Shown here one piece after another: positions 1 through 11,912 of a stretch of DNA of 64,000 nucleotides. A program made the translations under genes and the position numbers. Position 1 is the first letter of the stretch. The number at the start of each line of letters is the position of its first letter. The notes under the pieces are model-generated. The model had not been told where the DNA came from. It saw only the letters and a list, made by a program, of their open reading frames with translations, and ran no database searches. Origin of the DNA: Nageia nagi (Eukaryota; Plantae; Pinophyta); contig JBITNC010000001.1 of the NCBI GenBank assembly GCA_050084985.1, forward strand, positions 14,880,001 through 14,944,000, written 5' to 3'.

Positions 1-3000
1 AGTAGTACATAATTTAGCATTAAAGCCTGATGCTAAACCCGTTAAACAAAAATTACGTAAAATGCATCCTACTATAGCATTAATGGTAAAAGAAGAACTT
101 CAAAAATTATTAGAAGCTAAATTTATACAACCTATAGATTACTCAGATTGGATATCTAATATGGTACTTGTGAAAAAACCAAGTGGAAAAATAAGAATAT
201 GCACAGATTTTCATGATCTTAATAGAGCTTGTCCTAAAGATGATTTCCCTCTACCTAGCATTGATAATTTGGTAGACTCGACAGCAGGACATGATATGTT
301 ATCATTAATGGACGGGTTTTCTGGTTATAATCAAATAAAAATAGCTACTGAAGATCAACATAAAATGGCTTTTATAACTCCTTGGGTACCTTTTGTTATA
401 AAGTTATGCCTTTTGGATTGAAAAATGCCAGGGCAACTTATCAAAGAGCTATGACTTATATATTCCATGATTATATGCACAACATGTAGAAGATTATGTC
501 GATGATTTGTTGGTTAAATCTGAATATCGAGTAGATCATGGAAAAGATCTAATTAAAGTCTTAGATAGATTATTAGAACATAAAGTAAGATTAAATATGA
601 AAAAGTGTGTTTTTGGTGTAACTTCAGGGAAATTATTAGGGTTTATTGTGTCTCAATGAGGAATTGAAATAGATCCTAGCAAAGTGAAGGCAATAGTAGA
701 CATGCCACCTCCTGCAAATCTAAAACAATTACAGAGTTTACAGGGTAAGTTACAAGCCATTAGAAGGTTTATAGCTCAACTTTCTGATAAATGTAAACCA
801 TTTACAAAATTATTTAAAAAGGGAGTAGAATATCATTGGGGCAAAGAGCAACAAGATGCATTCGATGAAATTAAAAGATATTTATTATCGCCTCCTGTAT
901 TAAGTCCACCAAGGAAAGATGTACCTTTTTTGTTATATATCTCTGCTACTAAAAATGCGTTAGGAACAATGCTTTCTCAAAAGAATGAACACAATAAAGA
1001 GCAAGCTATATATTATCTGAGTAGAACTCTAGTGAGCTACGAGATTAAGTATATATATTTGGAAAAATTATGTCTTGCTGTCATTTTTGCTACTAAAAAA
1101 ATTTGACATTATATGCTTAATCATACAACATATGTCATCTCTAAAATGGATCCGTTGAAATATATGATGAATAAAACATATCAAAATTCAAGGACCGCAA
1201 AATGGATAATGCACTTAACTGAATTTGATTTACATTTTATTGGACAAAAGTCGATAAAAGGATAAGTAATTGCTAACTATCTCGCTGATGCTCCATTGCA
1301 AGATAATAAACCCCTTGTAATTGAATTACCTAATGATGGAGTATTTCAATTAGATGAAATTGAAATACTTGTAGAACCTGAAGATGATTGGGATATGACA
1401 ATACACTTTGATGGTTCTCATGTGAACAAGGTGGTGGAGCAAGTGTTGTATTTATAACACCGTAAGGTATCCCTATACCATATTCATTTAAACTAAAATT
1501 TCCTTGTACTAATAATAATGCAGAATACGAAGCTTTAATATTAGCATTAAGAACTGCTATTAAATTAAAACTTAAAAGAATTAAGATTATTGGAGATTCT
1601 TTACTCATCGTCAATCAAGTGAAAGGAATTTATCAATGTAAAGAGCCTTTACTTCAAAAGTATAAAGCATTAGTTGAGAAATTATTAAAATCTTTTGATC
1701 AATTTAGTATAGAAGTAGCACCAAGATCATCTAATAGATTTGTAGATGCTATGGCTTCTATTGGATCTCTTATCCCAGAAGATCCTAAAAAATCCTCTAT
1801 TCAAGTGGAAATAATTCAATTTCTCAATCATCATTACAACAGGAAGATGAGGAAAAAAGCGTGTTAAATATAGACATAACTGATAAAGATAATTGGTACA
1901 AAGAATTGACAAATTTTTTAAAATTTGGAAATCTTCCTATAAACCTTAATAAATCATCATGACGAGCTTTTAAAATCAAAGCAACTAAATATTGTTTGAT
2001 AGGGGATATCTTGCATCGACGAAATTTTAATGGTATTTTACTCAGATGTCTTGAATGGAATGATGTTAAAAAGGCTATATCCTCACCCATGATGGAACAT
2101 GTGGACATTTTAATGGTGTTGCAATTGTAAAAGATTAATACGAATGGGGTATTATTGGCTGACTATGGAAAAAGATTGTTAGAATATGTTAAAAAATGTT
2201 TTAAAGTCAATAATATGCTCATTTATTTTCACAACCATCTCAAGAACTACATCCTATACAATCACTTTGGCCATTTTCTAAATGGGCATTAGATTTAATA
2301 GGAAAATTACACCTACATCTTCTGGTGGACACAAGTTCATCATCACAGTAACTGAATATTTTACTAAATGGGTAGAGGCTATTCCCATGACTTCCACCGT
2401 TGGTTCACGAATCATGAATTTTATAGAAAATTATATTATATGTAGATTGGTATACCTAATTAATTAATTATGGATAATGGGAAAAAAATTTAAAATAAGA
2501 TGTAAAACAAATATGTGATAAATATAAAATTAAACAAAGTTTTTCTACTCCATATTATCCACAAAGTAATGGATAGGCAGAGGCTACTAATAAAACTATT
2601 CAGAACATCTTAGCAAAAATAATAAATGATTCTCATAGAGATTGGCATATCCAAATACCAAAAGCCTTATGGGCTTATCATACTAGTGTACGTACTCCTA
2701 TTGGGGCAACACCATTCTCTTTGGTATACAGAATAGAAGCTATCCTACCCATAGAACTTGAAATACCATCTCTTAGAGTAAGTCTAAATGAGCAAAATTC
2801 TGACAAAGAAGCAAGACAAACTCATTTAGATCAGTTATTATTGTTAGATGAAAAACATATTAATGCTTTAGAGCATATGCATGTTTATCAGGAGAGGATA
2901 AAACGAGCCTTTGATAAAAGGGCTCTAATTCGTGAGTTCAAAATAGATGACTTGGTTTTAAAAGAAAATCAACAAACTTCACGAATAGAACGATAGCTTA

Positions 3001-3142
3001 GAGACAAGTTTGCTCCAAATTGGTTAGGACCATATATCATTAAGAAAAAATTCGGTAAAGGAACTTATCATTTATCATACTTAGAAGGAAATGAAGAGCA
3101 TGAACCTATAAATAGCATGCATCTTCGACCCTTCTATACATA
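1..3142 (+). pseudogene. pol: Degenerate pol: reverse transcriptase, RNase H, additional (archaeal-type) RNase H, integrase
   Basis: RT motifs RICTDFHDLNRACPKDDFPLP, DGFSGYNQI, FGLKNA.ATYQRAM, YVDDL; RH LYISAT..ALG..L.Q...EQAIYYLSR; second RNase H FDGS...NNNAEYEAL...GDSLLIVNQV...NRFVDAMA; INT GHKFIITVTEYFTKWVEA, YYPQSNG.AEATNK, W.GPY; many stops and frameshifts. Confidence 0.95.
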
Positions 3143-3227
3143 AAAAAAAAAAATGTGTACATTAGTTTTCTTTTGTTTTATTTTATTGTTGAAATAATAA
3201 ATAAATAAAAGTATTGATATTTGTCAA

Positions 3228-4472
3228 GTGTTAATGATTAAAACAGAAAGGATGAATCTGACAAAGGAATCTGCTGAAGGTAGCATGATGCCACCACAAG
3301 TACGATTTCCATCACCAAGATATCTAGATGATTTGGCATTGACATATTTAAAACATGGGTTTGATATTAATCTCTTAAATTATTTACAATTGACTATTGA
3401 TGAACAATATGAAAGAACATATCATATGTTTTGTGGTAGAAATAATGATTGGAAAGTCACCTTTTATGGATATGAAGTAAGCATTATTTTAGATCTGCAA
3501 ATCTATTTCACCCATATGGAAAGAATATCACAGGAAATAACGATTTTCTACCTACAATGGCCTTATGGAATATCGAGAATCGTTATAAATTGCCAATTGA
3601 CTGAGTATTCACTCCTTTTAGCTAGGCAGAAATACATTAAACAATTAACCAAAAGCCTGGAATGGATGGATGAAATTTTACATTATTTACCTCATAAAAG
3701 GGTGATTTATGATTTTTCAAATACTTTTGTGGCTTTTCCTCCTAGAACATCACAACAATACTATAGGCAAATTCATATATTTTCTCGCATGCAAATGCAA
3801 CACACAATTTGGAAATGAAAGTTGGAGCAAAAGCAAGCTTGTCATATTGCCGAACTTACAACGATGAATCAAATAAGGGTTAGAAATGAAATTATTGAAA
3901 AATTGTCAAAAGAACGTAGAATACAAAATAATGGAAGTTATCTTCTGGGGTTCGAAAGTAGGTATGATAAAGACCTTTTTATGAAAGTTATTCATAACAT
4001 TCCTACTCCTTTGTATTCAAATGTCTTTTCCATGCCTATAGAAATACAACAAAAATTGGCCTTGACATTCTATGATACATGTGAATCTTACAGTTGGGAT
4101 GTCAAAGTAAATGGATATCAAGTTATTGTTTGTATCAATGCCTTTGAGTTATGGTGTTCTCCTAACTCAGAATATGATTTAATGATATATTTCTATCTTC
4201 TATGGCCTATAGAAAAGCCCAAAATAATAGTCAATTGTACTCACAACTTGACTTTAAAACATCGAGAATGAATTATCTCTATCACACAAACCATGACATC
4301 CGAACATTTAGATTATTGTGTTCCAAAAATTTATCATAATCAAGTGGTATTAGATTTTAGTTTTTTATTTAGTTCAACACATTGTTCATTTAATTCTGAT
4401 GCAGTTCAAACTCGATTTGAACACGTCATGAATAGATTCCTTAGAAAAAATGATAAAATCCTAAAAAAATGA
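3228..4472 (+). pseudogene. Extra sense ORF downstream of pol (~410 aa, unknown function, two homologous halves), broken by two in-frame TGA
   Basis: ORFs 3228-3818 and 3822-4271 are in the same frame and the frame continues to TGA at 4470-4472. Halves align: WKVTFYGYEV..IFYLQWP..SRIVINC..RVIYDFS vs WDVKVNGYQV..YFYLLWP..PKIIVNC..QVVLDFS. Confidence 0.7.
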
Positions 4473-4938
4473 AAAATTATAAAACACATAAAAATTATAA
4501 ATGTTTCTAAGCGGGATCGAGGGGTTAATCCTTATCAGGGCTATGGACGCCTGACTGGCTATGGGGCATACCTTACAAGTGGTGATATGTCTATTTTGGT
4601 TAGTGACCTTCTTTCCTATGGACCTCTATATGTTTCATATGGATAGACTAGCTTATTAATGTTTCTAATATATTTCATCTCAAATGATCTAAGAAGGGAA
4701 ATGAATCTCACTACACACACTGGAGTTTATAGATTTTTTTTACCAACATATAACAATATTGTTTGACATCATCTTAGGTTGTTAAATCTTAAGATAAAGA
4801 AAGATAAGGTAGATGTTATAATAACTTGGTCGTTAATCTAAAATCACTTGATCTTTTGTCATAATTTATACTTTTTTTGTGTTTAAAATCATTTGTGTCA
4901 TTTTGTTAAACCCATCCCTCTTGATAATAGCATCACCA

Positions 4939-5203
4939 TTGAACATTATTAAAATTGTTTTTCTTTGGAAAGGATAAGAATGATTATCTATTATTCCCCT
5001 GACCAAGATAAAGTTAATGTTCATATGCATCCATAAGTCACTAGTGTGTCATGTCAAGCCATTTTTATTATTATCTATTACCTTTGAACATTATTAAATT
5101 TGCTTTTCTTTGGAAAGGATAAGAATGATTATTTATTATTCCCCTGACCAAGATAAAGTTAATGTTCATATGCATCCATAAGTCACTAGTTTGTCATGTC
5201 AAG
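4939..5203 (+). repeat. Two ~120-bp direct repeats (period 145 bp) in the Ogre 3' internal region
   Basis: 4939-5058 and 5084-5203 are nearly identical (ttgaacattatt...gtcatgtcaag). A looser pair (aaaattgccaagtgc..gatga) follows at ~5215 and ~5325. Confidence 0.9.
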
Positions 5204-5975
5204 TGGTTTATTGTAGAAAATTGCCAAGTGCGGAAGATGATGAGTTCCGATTTCATAAAAAATACAATAAACCAAGGTATAATTGATATTCATGTATAGT
5301 CTATTATGTGGAGTGTTTTATTATAAAATTGCCAAGTGCAGAAAATGATGCATCTGATTCCGCAAAAAACATTCAAAAATATGTTATTAATTATTGAATT
5401 AATTAGAAGGTTGATTATCTATAATTTATAATCAATCAGTTATTCAAACAACTATGTTATTCCATGTTATCAATAACTTAAAGTAACTTAACTTATAAAT
5501 TAGATTTATTATTTATAGCAACTATAATTGTATTTATTATTAAATTAATTTTGAGATTAGCAATATCATCAAATTGATTTATTGATATATATTGTATATT
5601 TTATTATTTATAAAAAGTATCTTCAAAATTATACATCATATAGTTTACAATTATATCTATGCATCATACATTCTGAAAGTTACATCTATCATTAACATCT
5701 ATTCATCATCAAGTAATTAAAAGACAATTATGTTTATTATAATCTACATAACATCACATCATACTTATTTTTATCATAAATCTATATATAAAATGTAAAA
5801 CCATGCATCAAAAATCATAGAAATACTATAACATACCATCAGTCTATCCATGAAATAATAAAAATAATCTAAGTAGTACATCAAGAAACCATAATCTCAT
5901 AATCATCATAACAATGTGAGCCATAATAACAAAGAATAAAAGGTACATTATATATATATCATCAAAAATAGAATA

Positions 5976-8480
5976 TCAATGTCCTCTAGTAGATACAACA
6001 TCATCATGAGGATCACTAGGATGATCTGAAGAACCCTCATCCCTAGTAACAAATCTCAAACCTATATCATATGTCCTAGGAGATACACCCCTAATAGTAG
6101 TTTGAGATCGAGAAATTGATGTTGCTTGTCAGCCTCGACTCCCAGAATGACCCAAGCCACCTAAAATTGGTGAATGAGGAAACCCTAGTGCTAGTCTAGG
6201 TGGTGAACTAGGACCATCTGAAGAATATCTCAGGAAACCAGGTAACCAAAGCTCCACAGCCTTGCGATAGTAATCACACTCCCTCAACTGATCTGCATGC
6301 TCATCTATAGAGGGAATCAAAGTACCGACACTCAAATCTATAACCCCACTAGATAACTCAATAATATGAGCATTAGCATCCATCAGAGATCGATGAAGAG
6401 TATCTCACTCAGATCTATATCTCACGCGAGCGCTGTCTGAACGTTTGAGAGCTATCATCTCAGTCCTCATGGAAGTGATATCTCCTCTCAAATTGGCTAA
6501 CTCCAAAGAAGAAGCATCCTAAAGAGTGTAAAGCTCCTCAATCACATACTAAAGCTCTATGATCTTAGCCTCATAAGAAGTAACACTCCTCCCATTGGAC
6601 TCCCCTCTCTCAAATGTAGTCTGAGTAGGAACCTCAGGCTGTTGAAACCTAACCCCCTCAGTCTCTAGCATCTCTAGCTGCACCCCCAGCATCAAGACCC
6701 TCAAAATCCTCTAGAGTAAAATCATCTCCACCAGTAGTACTAGCAAGCTCCTTAGTCACTATCTCTAGAACTGCATCCACCTGAGCTCTCTGAGTAGGAT
6801 GCTCAATGGTCACCTCACTCCCAAAAAACTCTACCAGCTCAGTATCCCACCATGTTGCAAAAGCCTCTAAAGTCCCCACATCATCCATAGGCATATCCTC
6901 ATCTGGGATATCCTCACCAGCTCTAAGAACCATAGGTGAATAAGTCAACAAAGAAACACTTGATATAGGAGCATCCCCCGGATGAAGATATCGAAGGGGT
7001 GGAGGTGGAATGTCCTAAGAAAGGCTAAACTATCGACAAAACCAATCATAATGAAAATACTCTATGATACCTGCTCGTGGACCCTATAAAAAATAGTGCC
7101 TGTCTAGTCCCATATAAATGGAAACTAGTCTCAACAAAATTAGCAATCTGCAAACCAATCCTCCATCGAATCTGACTAGGAGTCAAACTGCTCAAGAGCT
7201 ACCTGTAAAAAGTGATGTCTCTCTGAATGCCATCCCTACATGGAATAGCTAGTAAATGGCTCCAACGTTGAATACCTAATGTATATCTATAAGTAGTATA
7301 TGTAGGATCAAGTAATCCTAAAGGTCGGTAAGGATAAATATGCTCATATGCCCAAGCCTGTAAAATAAGTGTTGTAGCAACTGTAGCTCTAGGAGTTTGT
7401 ACTAATAAATAAAGCTCCCTATAAATAAGGGCCAATAATGAAGGGGCCCAAGCAAAAGTGATCCTCAAATTAATCATCTGATGGAGCACACCCATCAAAG
7501 CCTAAGGAAATCTCCCACCACTAGCATCTGGTGCACCATAACACATGATACATCCCATAAGATAAGTAACACAAACATATGCAGGATGCTCCTCCTCTGA
7601 TAATCCTCACCAAAACTAATAATACATCAGGCCTCCTACCTGAATCTACATCATCAACTCCTCAACTACATCCTCTCCAAAAAGCTCGCTCACCAATGGT
7701 CAAGCCTCCTCTCTAGTCTGAAGAAGAACAATATCCATCCCTCAAACTGGAAGTCTTAGAATGTGATGAATGTCCTCCACTGTGATAGTGATAGGACCAG
7801 TAGGGAGACAGAAAGCATTAATCGTTGGATCCTATCTCTCAAAAAGTGCTGCTAAAATTGCTAGGTCCTTTTGGATATGACCCATATATGGGGCCACTCC
7901 AAAACCAACATCACAGAGGAAAGCATGATCTGTGTCAGGTACTTGACCACTAAGGTCGTGGAGAATCTGAGGGTAATGACCCCTAGAAGTAAAAACCTCT
8001 GAAACCTAAAAAGAATAGACATAAAAATTTAGTATATAATATTTTTAAAACATGACATACCAAAATATTTAAGTTGATTAATTATTCTAAACATAAAAAA
8101 AAAATGTAAATATGATCACCATCGATCGTGTTAAGCAATCAACGATGACTTTTAAGAGATCGTTATCGATCTTCAAATCAGCGACGATTCTAAGGAGATC
8201 GTTGGTGATCGTTAAAATCACCAACGACTCCATAAAAACCAAATCTGAGGTGCAAACCCTTGATTAGGGTTTTAAAATTACACATACAAACATAAAAACC
8301 CTAAAAACCCTATGCTAACACAACCTACATCATGATAAAATCTAGATAAACATTTTTAACTATCAATATTAACCTAGTTCCAAAAAAAAAAACCATAAAA
8401 TAAAACAAAGAAATGGATGGGTAAGATACCTCTTTAGAGATTGATTTGCCTTTTTTCGAAATCCTCTTGCATGGCGCCAT
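5976..8480 (-). pseudogene. Antisense Plant Mobile Domain (PMD, aminotransferase-like) gene with a predicted intron (exon1 8480-8430, exon2 8005-5976)
   Basis: Minus-strand translation gives AALFER*DPTINAFCLPTGPITITVEDIHHILRLPV and FAWAPSLLALIYREL...LQAWAYEH, which are PMD signatures. Exon1 MAPCKRISKKGKSISKE|GTATCT joins in phase 0 to ..ttctttttAG|VSEVFTSRG. Stops and at least two frameshifts; final TGA at 5978-5976. Confidence 0.85.
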
Positions 8481-10500
8481 CTGATTTGCTAAAAATTTGG
8501 TAAAGAGACGAAAATGACAGGTAAGAAAAGACAAAAGCGGGAAAATAAACAAAAAGTGAAAAGTAAAAGGTAAAACTATTTTCTTTTAAAACCCTCATGT
8601 CAGGGATCGTCGTCGATCATCAACAATTTTAAACAGATCATCAGTGATCGTTACACTAATCGTCAACGATTTCTATATGATCGTCAACGATTTCACACTC
8701 ATCTGAAAATGCATAATATGAAGTATATTTTCTTTAAATATTTTAAAATTTATTTGTGTATAGACAAAATTAAAAGCTTCGTTCACTAAGATGAAAGTGA
8801 ACAAATTATAAATTACATTATTTTTCGCCTAGAAGAATGCTCCAATGTCACATGACTGCCAAATACATCGGCACATGAAGGACTAGTATTGAGTAAACTT
8901 ACTAGGTAAAATAATTAAAATTGCCATCAAAACGTGTCTAAACACAAAAAACTAAGATATTTTTAGCAAAATATACTATTATAAAGATAGTATTTTTACT
9001 ATACCAATCGACGATGATTACTTTATGATTGTCAACGATCTTGGGAAGATCGTCGATGATCCTTGACTAAGTCAAATATGAAAAGCAGATCAGACTAAGT
9101 TTGAGCTCAGACGACAAAACAAGCATAGGATGTAAAAGATCATCTTGAAACCCCGTTGTCGGGACAAAGGACAACACCATTAAAATTCATATACTAAAGA
9201 AAACTTATATGGTATAGGTGCACTTAGACATGCAAAATGATATAACAGAAATGTCATGCAACTGTCACATAAGCTCAATACAACCTCATGCTGAAAATAG
9301 TCACTTCTGAAGTATATTCATATTTGTTTTCAAAACTATATCAAATGTTAAAGGAAAACACATTTTATCATAATTTGATAAATTAAAATTTTGAGTCATC
9401 TGAGAAATTGAGTCAAAATTTATATCATGGAAAAGTAGCAAAATATAATCAAACAACAAGTCTTCTCATTATATATTTTTGAAATTATCAACCTCATCTT
9501 CGGTTGATAATTCAAAAAGGGGCAAAATTTAGACACTCAAAATAAACCCTACATTTAGTTTAACAACATATAAATAAATAAAATAAGTATCTTTCTAACA
9601 TATAGCACATTAAAATGATTATAACTCCTTATACAAGCTTCAATCAAGCTTTAAAACTCTATTATTGGATAGATCTTTGTGAGTAGATGCAAAACAGGTG
9701 GTCATATGACCTCTTTTCATTAAAAAATGATCGTTGGACGATCATTCCAATATTAGTATAAAATTTACTAAAAAATCATTGATGATCTACTACAATCATT
9801 GATGATCCTCTAGGATCATTGACGATCCCTGAATAATTCAAAAACTTACAAATCTAAGCCCAAAATAGCCTAGTATGCACAGTTTAGAGTTATGGACATG
9901 GAGTTGAGATAATAACACCTCAAGATTTCACACGGAAGGTTACCTGGAATCTTGTGACGGCAAAACAAATTAATAACAAACTTTTGAGCTTATAAATACA
10001 AGCTCTGTATGTGAACAAAGGGACCCAAATTTACTGTAGTGAAACTCTATAGAAATTAAACCAGAAGTTTGTAAGCAAAGGTTTGAGGCTTGATCAATAG
10101 TGAATCTACCATCTGGTATATTTTTATATTATGTTGTTTACTTCTGATTTATATGTATTAGTAGGTACGCTTTGATGTTTCATTTGTTTTCTGTGTGTAG
10201 AGTCAATACAGGAATAGAATGATAGAAGCAAGCGTAAAGGAGAACAACTAAGAAGAGATACAAATATTTCAAAATTCTACGAAAAGTTCACTATAATGCC
10301 ATAAATCGTCTACAATTTACAGATCGATCGACGATGATTTCTCAAATCGGTGACAAAAGCCGAAAGTTTACAACAAGCACAACAATAGTGGGAGACCATT
10401 GATCGTTGCCGATCCCTGAGAAGATCGCTGTTGATCCATAAAGATCGTTATTGATCAATAATAAATCGATACCGATTCATACAGATCGATAACAGTCTCT
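8120..10500. repeat. Clustered degenerate 14-bp palindromes, consensus GATCGTCGACGATC, about 24 copies spaced ~20 bp within clusters
   Basis: Clusters at ~8120-8230, 8600-8695, 9005-9062, 9728-9830 and 10300-10500, e.g. gatcgtcaacgatt, gatcgtcgatgatc, gatcattgacgatc, gatcgttgccgatc. Confidence 0.8.
9483..9527 (+). other. Stem-loop directly upstream of the polypurine tract
   Basis: aattatcaacc-tcatcttc-ggttgataatt (11-bp perfect stem) followed by AAAAAGGGGCAAAA. Confidence 0.75.
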
Positions 10501-11912
10501 TATTGTATTAAATTTCATCAAAATCTTTTTCATTGGATATAATATCTGCATTATTATTGATGTGTAATATTGAATGTGTTCTGATTTATTATGTTGAATG
10601 ATTTATCTGACTAAATTGCATTTTAGGTGCACAATTCAATATACACAATTCAGAAGATTGAACTTTCAATAGATAATGAGTGGTCAAAGATCCTCATAGT
10701 TTTGCCAAAGGATGGAATAGCTTAAGTTATATTTTGTACATATTGATAGAGTGTTGTAGTTTTTCCTTAGTTCATAAAATGGTAGCATAAATCCACCAGT
10801 TGGTCACTAGAATATATACTTATACATATTTTTGGAGCAATAAGAAGAGCTTTGTATGGGTATGGTTTATTTTGATCCTTTATTATTTGATAGAATGATT
10901 GATACTTAGTCAATTTTGGACATTTCCTATAGTGTTTGATTTTGGCAGAGATTTGGTATTAGAATAGACAAAGTTTGTCAAAATAGTAGCAAAATAGAAT
11001 AACATTATACTTAGCCATTTTTGAATGTTTTGCAAAGCATCTAATTTTGGTCAATCGAAATAGCAAAGAAATCAAACAACTTCATTTTCTTTAGCACAAG
11101 TCTTGTTAGTGGTGGTTAATCATATATCAAAATGAATCATAGTTATCTTAACTACATGAAGTGTTAAAAAAATTAAGATTTTAGTTTCAACCATCCAATT
11201 TGAAATATGTTCAAATAATTCCATCAAAATAGTGTTATTTCCTTTGTATTTGGTTTTTATGGGTCCATTCAAATCTAGATACCTATAAATACTATCGAAA
11301 CTCTAGTAAGATATGTTTTCTTTCGAAGAATATGGTTGCAGCTCCCAAATTCAAATTTTCAAATCCCGATCAAGCTAGAGGATGTTAATACAAATGAAAG
11401 GATGATTTAGATATTTGTATGCTTGAAAGATAAGATGTCTATATGTTATCAGAGAATCAAATCTGATACTTTGTACATGTCTAGTTAGTTACAAATATTT
11501 CATAGTTTATCAATAGTTTGTTAGAAGTTAGTTAAAATATTTTTCTTGAAAGAGAAGCTATATGTAATACCTTCATTGAAGGAGATAGGAGCCAAATATA
11601 GTAGATATTGCCCCTATTTTGTACTAGCATCATTGAATATGAAATACAACTTACTTATTATTCTCTTAATCATGATTTATCTTACATTGTTCTTAAATTA
11701 TTATGTAATATGTTTATTTGCACTTTGGGAATTATGAAAGTTTATCAATGGTTAATCTATATTTGTAAAGCGCTTTGTAGAACATAGTTACTTGGAATGT
11801 TGTATTTTATTTGGTGGCTATAATATCAAATTATCTTATGAGCTTGGATTCTACTATAATGAATGTCTGTGTTGGTCAAAATATTTATTTTACCTATTTG
11901 TAACCCACTACA
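9528..11912 (+). repeat. 3' LTR of the Ogre element (~2.4 kb)
   Basis: Starts directly after the PPT and ends ACTACA; TATAAATA boxes at ~9990 and ~11284. The second LTR is not in the window, so the ends are not confirmed by alignment. Confidence 0.65.

Larger units (their letters stand above)
1..11912 (+). mobile_element. Ty3/gypsy Tat/Ogre-lineage LTR retrotransposon, 3' half (pol, two extra ORFs, 3' LTR); 5' part lies outside the window
   Basis: RT-RH-aRH-INT order in 1-3142; about 6.4 kb extended 3' internal region; PPT AAAAAGGGGCAAAA at ~9514-9527 followed by T(T)TAGACAC (Ogre-type TGTAGACAC start); LTR ends ...CCACTACA at 11912. Confidence 0.88.

Noticed and set aside
8120-10500. CRISPR-like repeat/spacer array
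   Set aside because: Eukaryotic retroelement context, 14-bp degenerate repeats with ~6-bp spacers, and no cas genes
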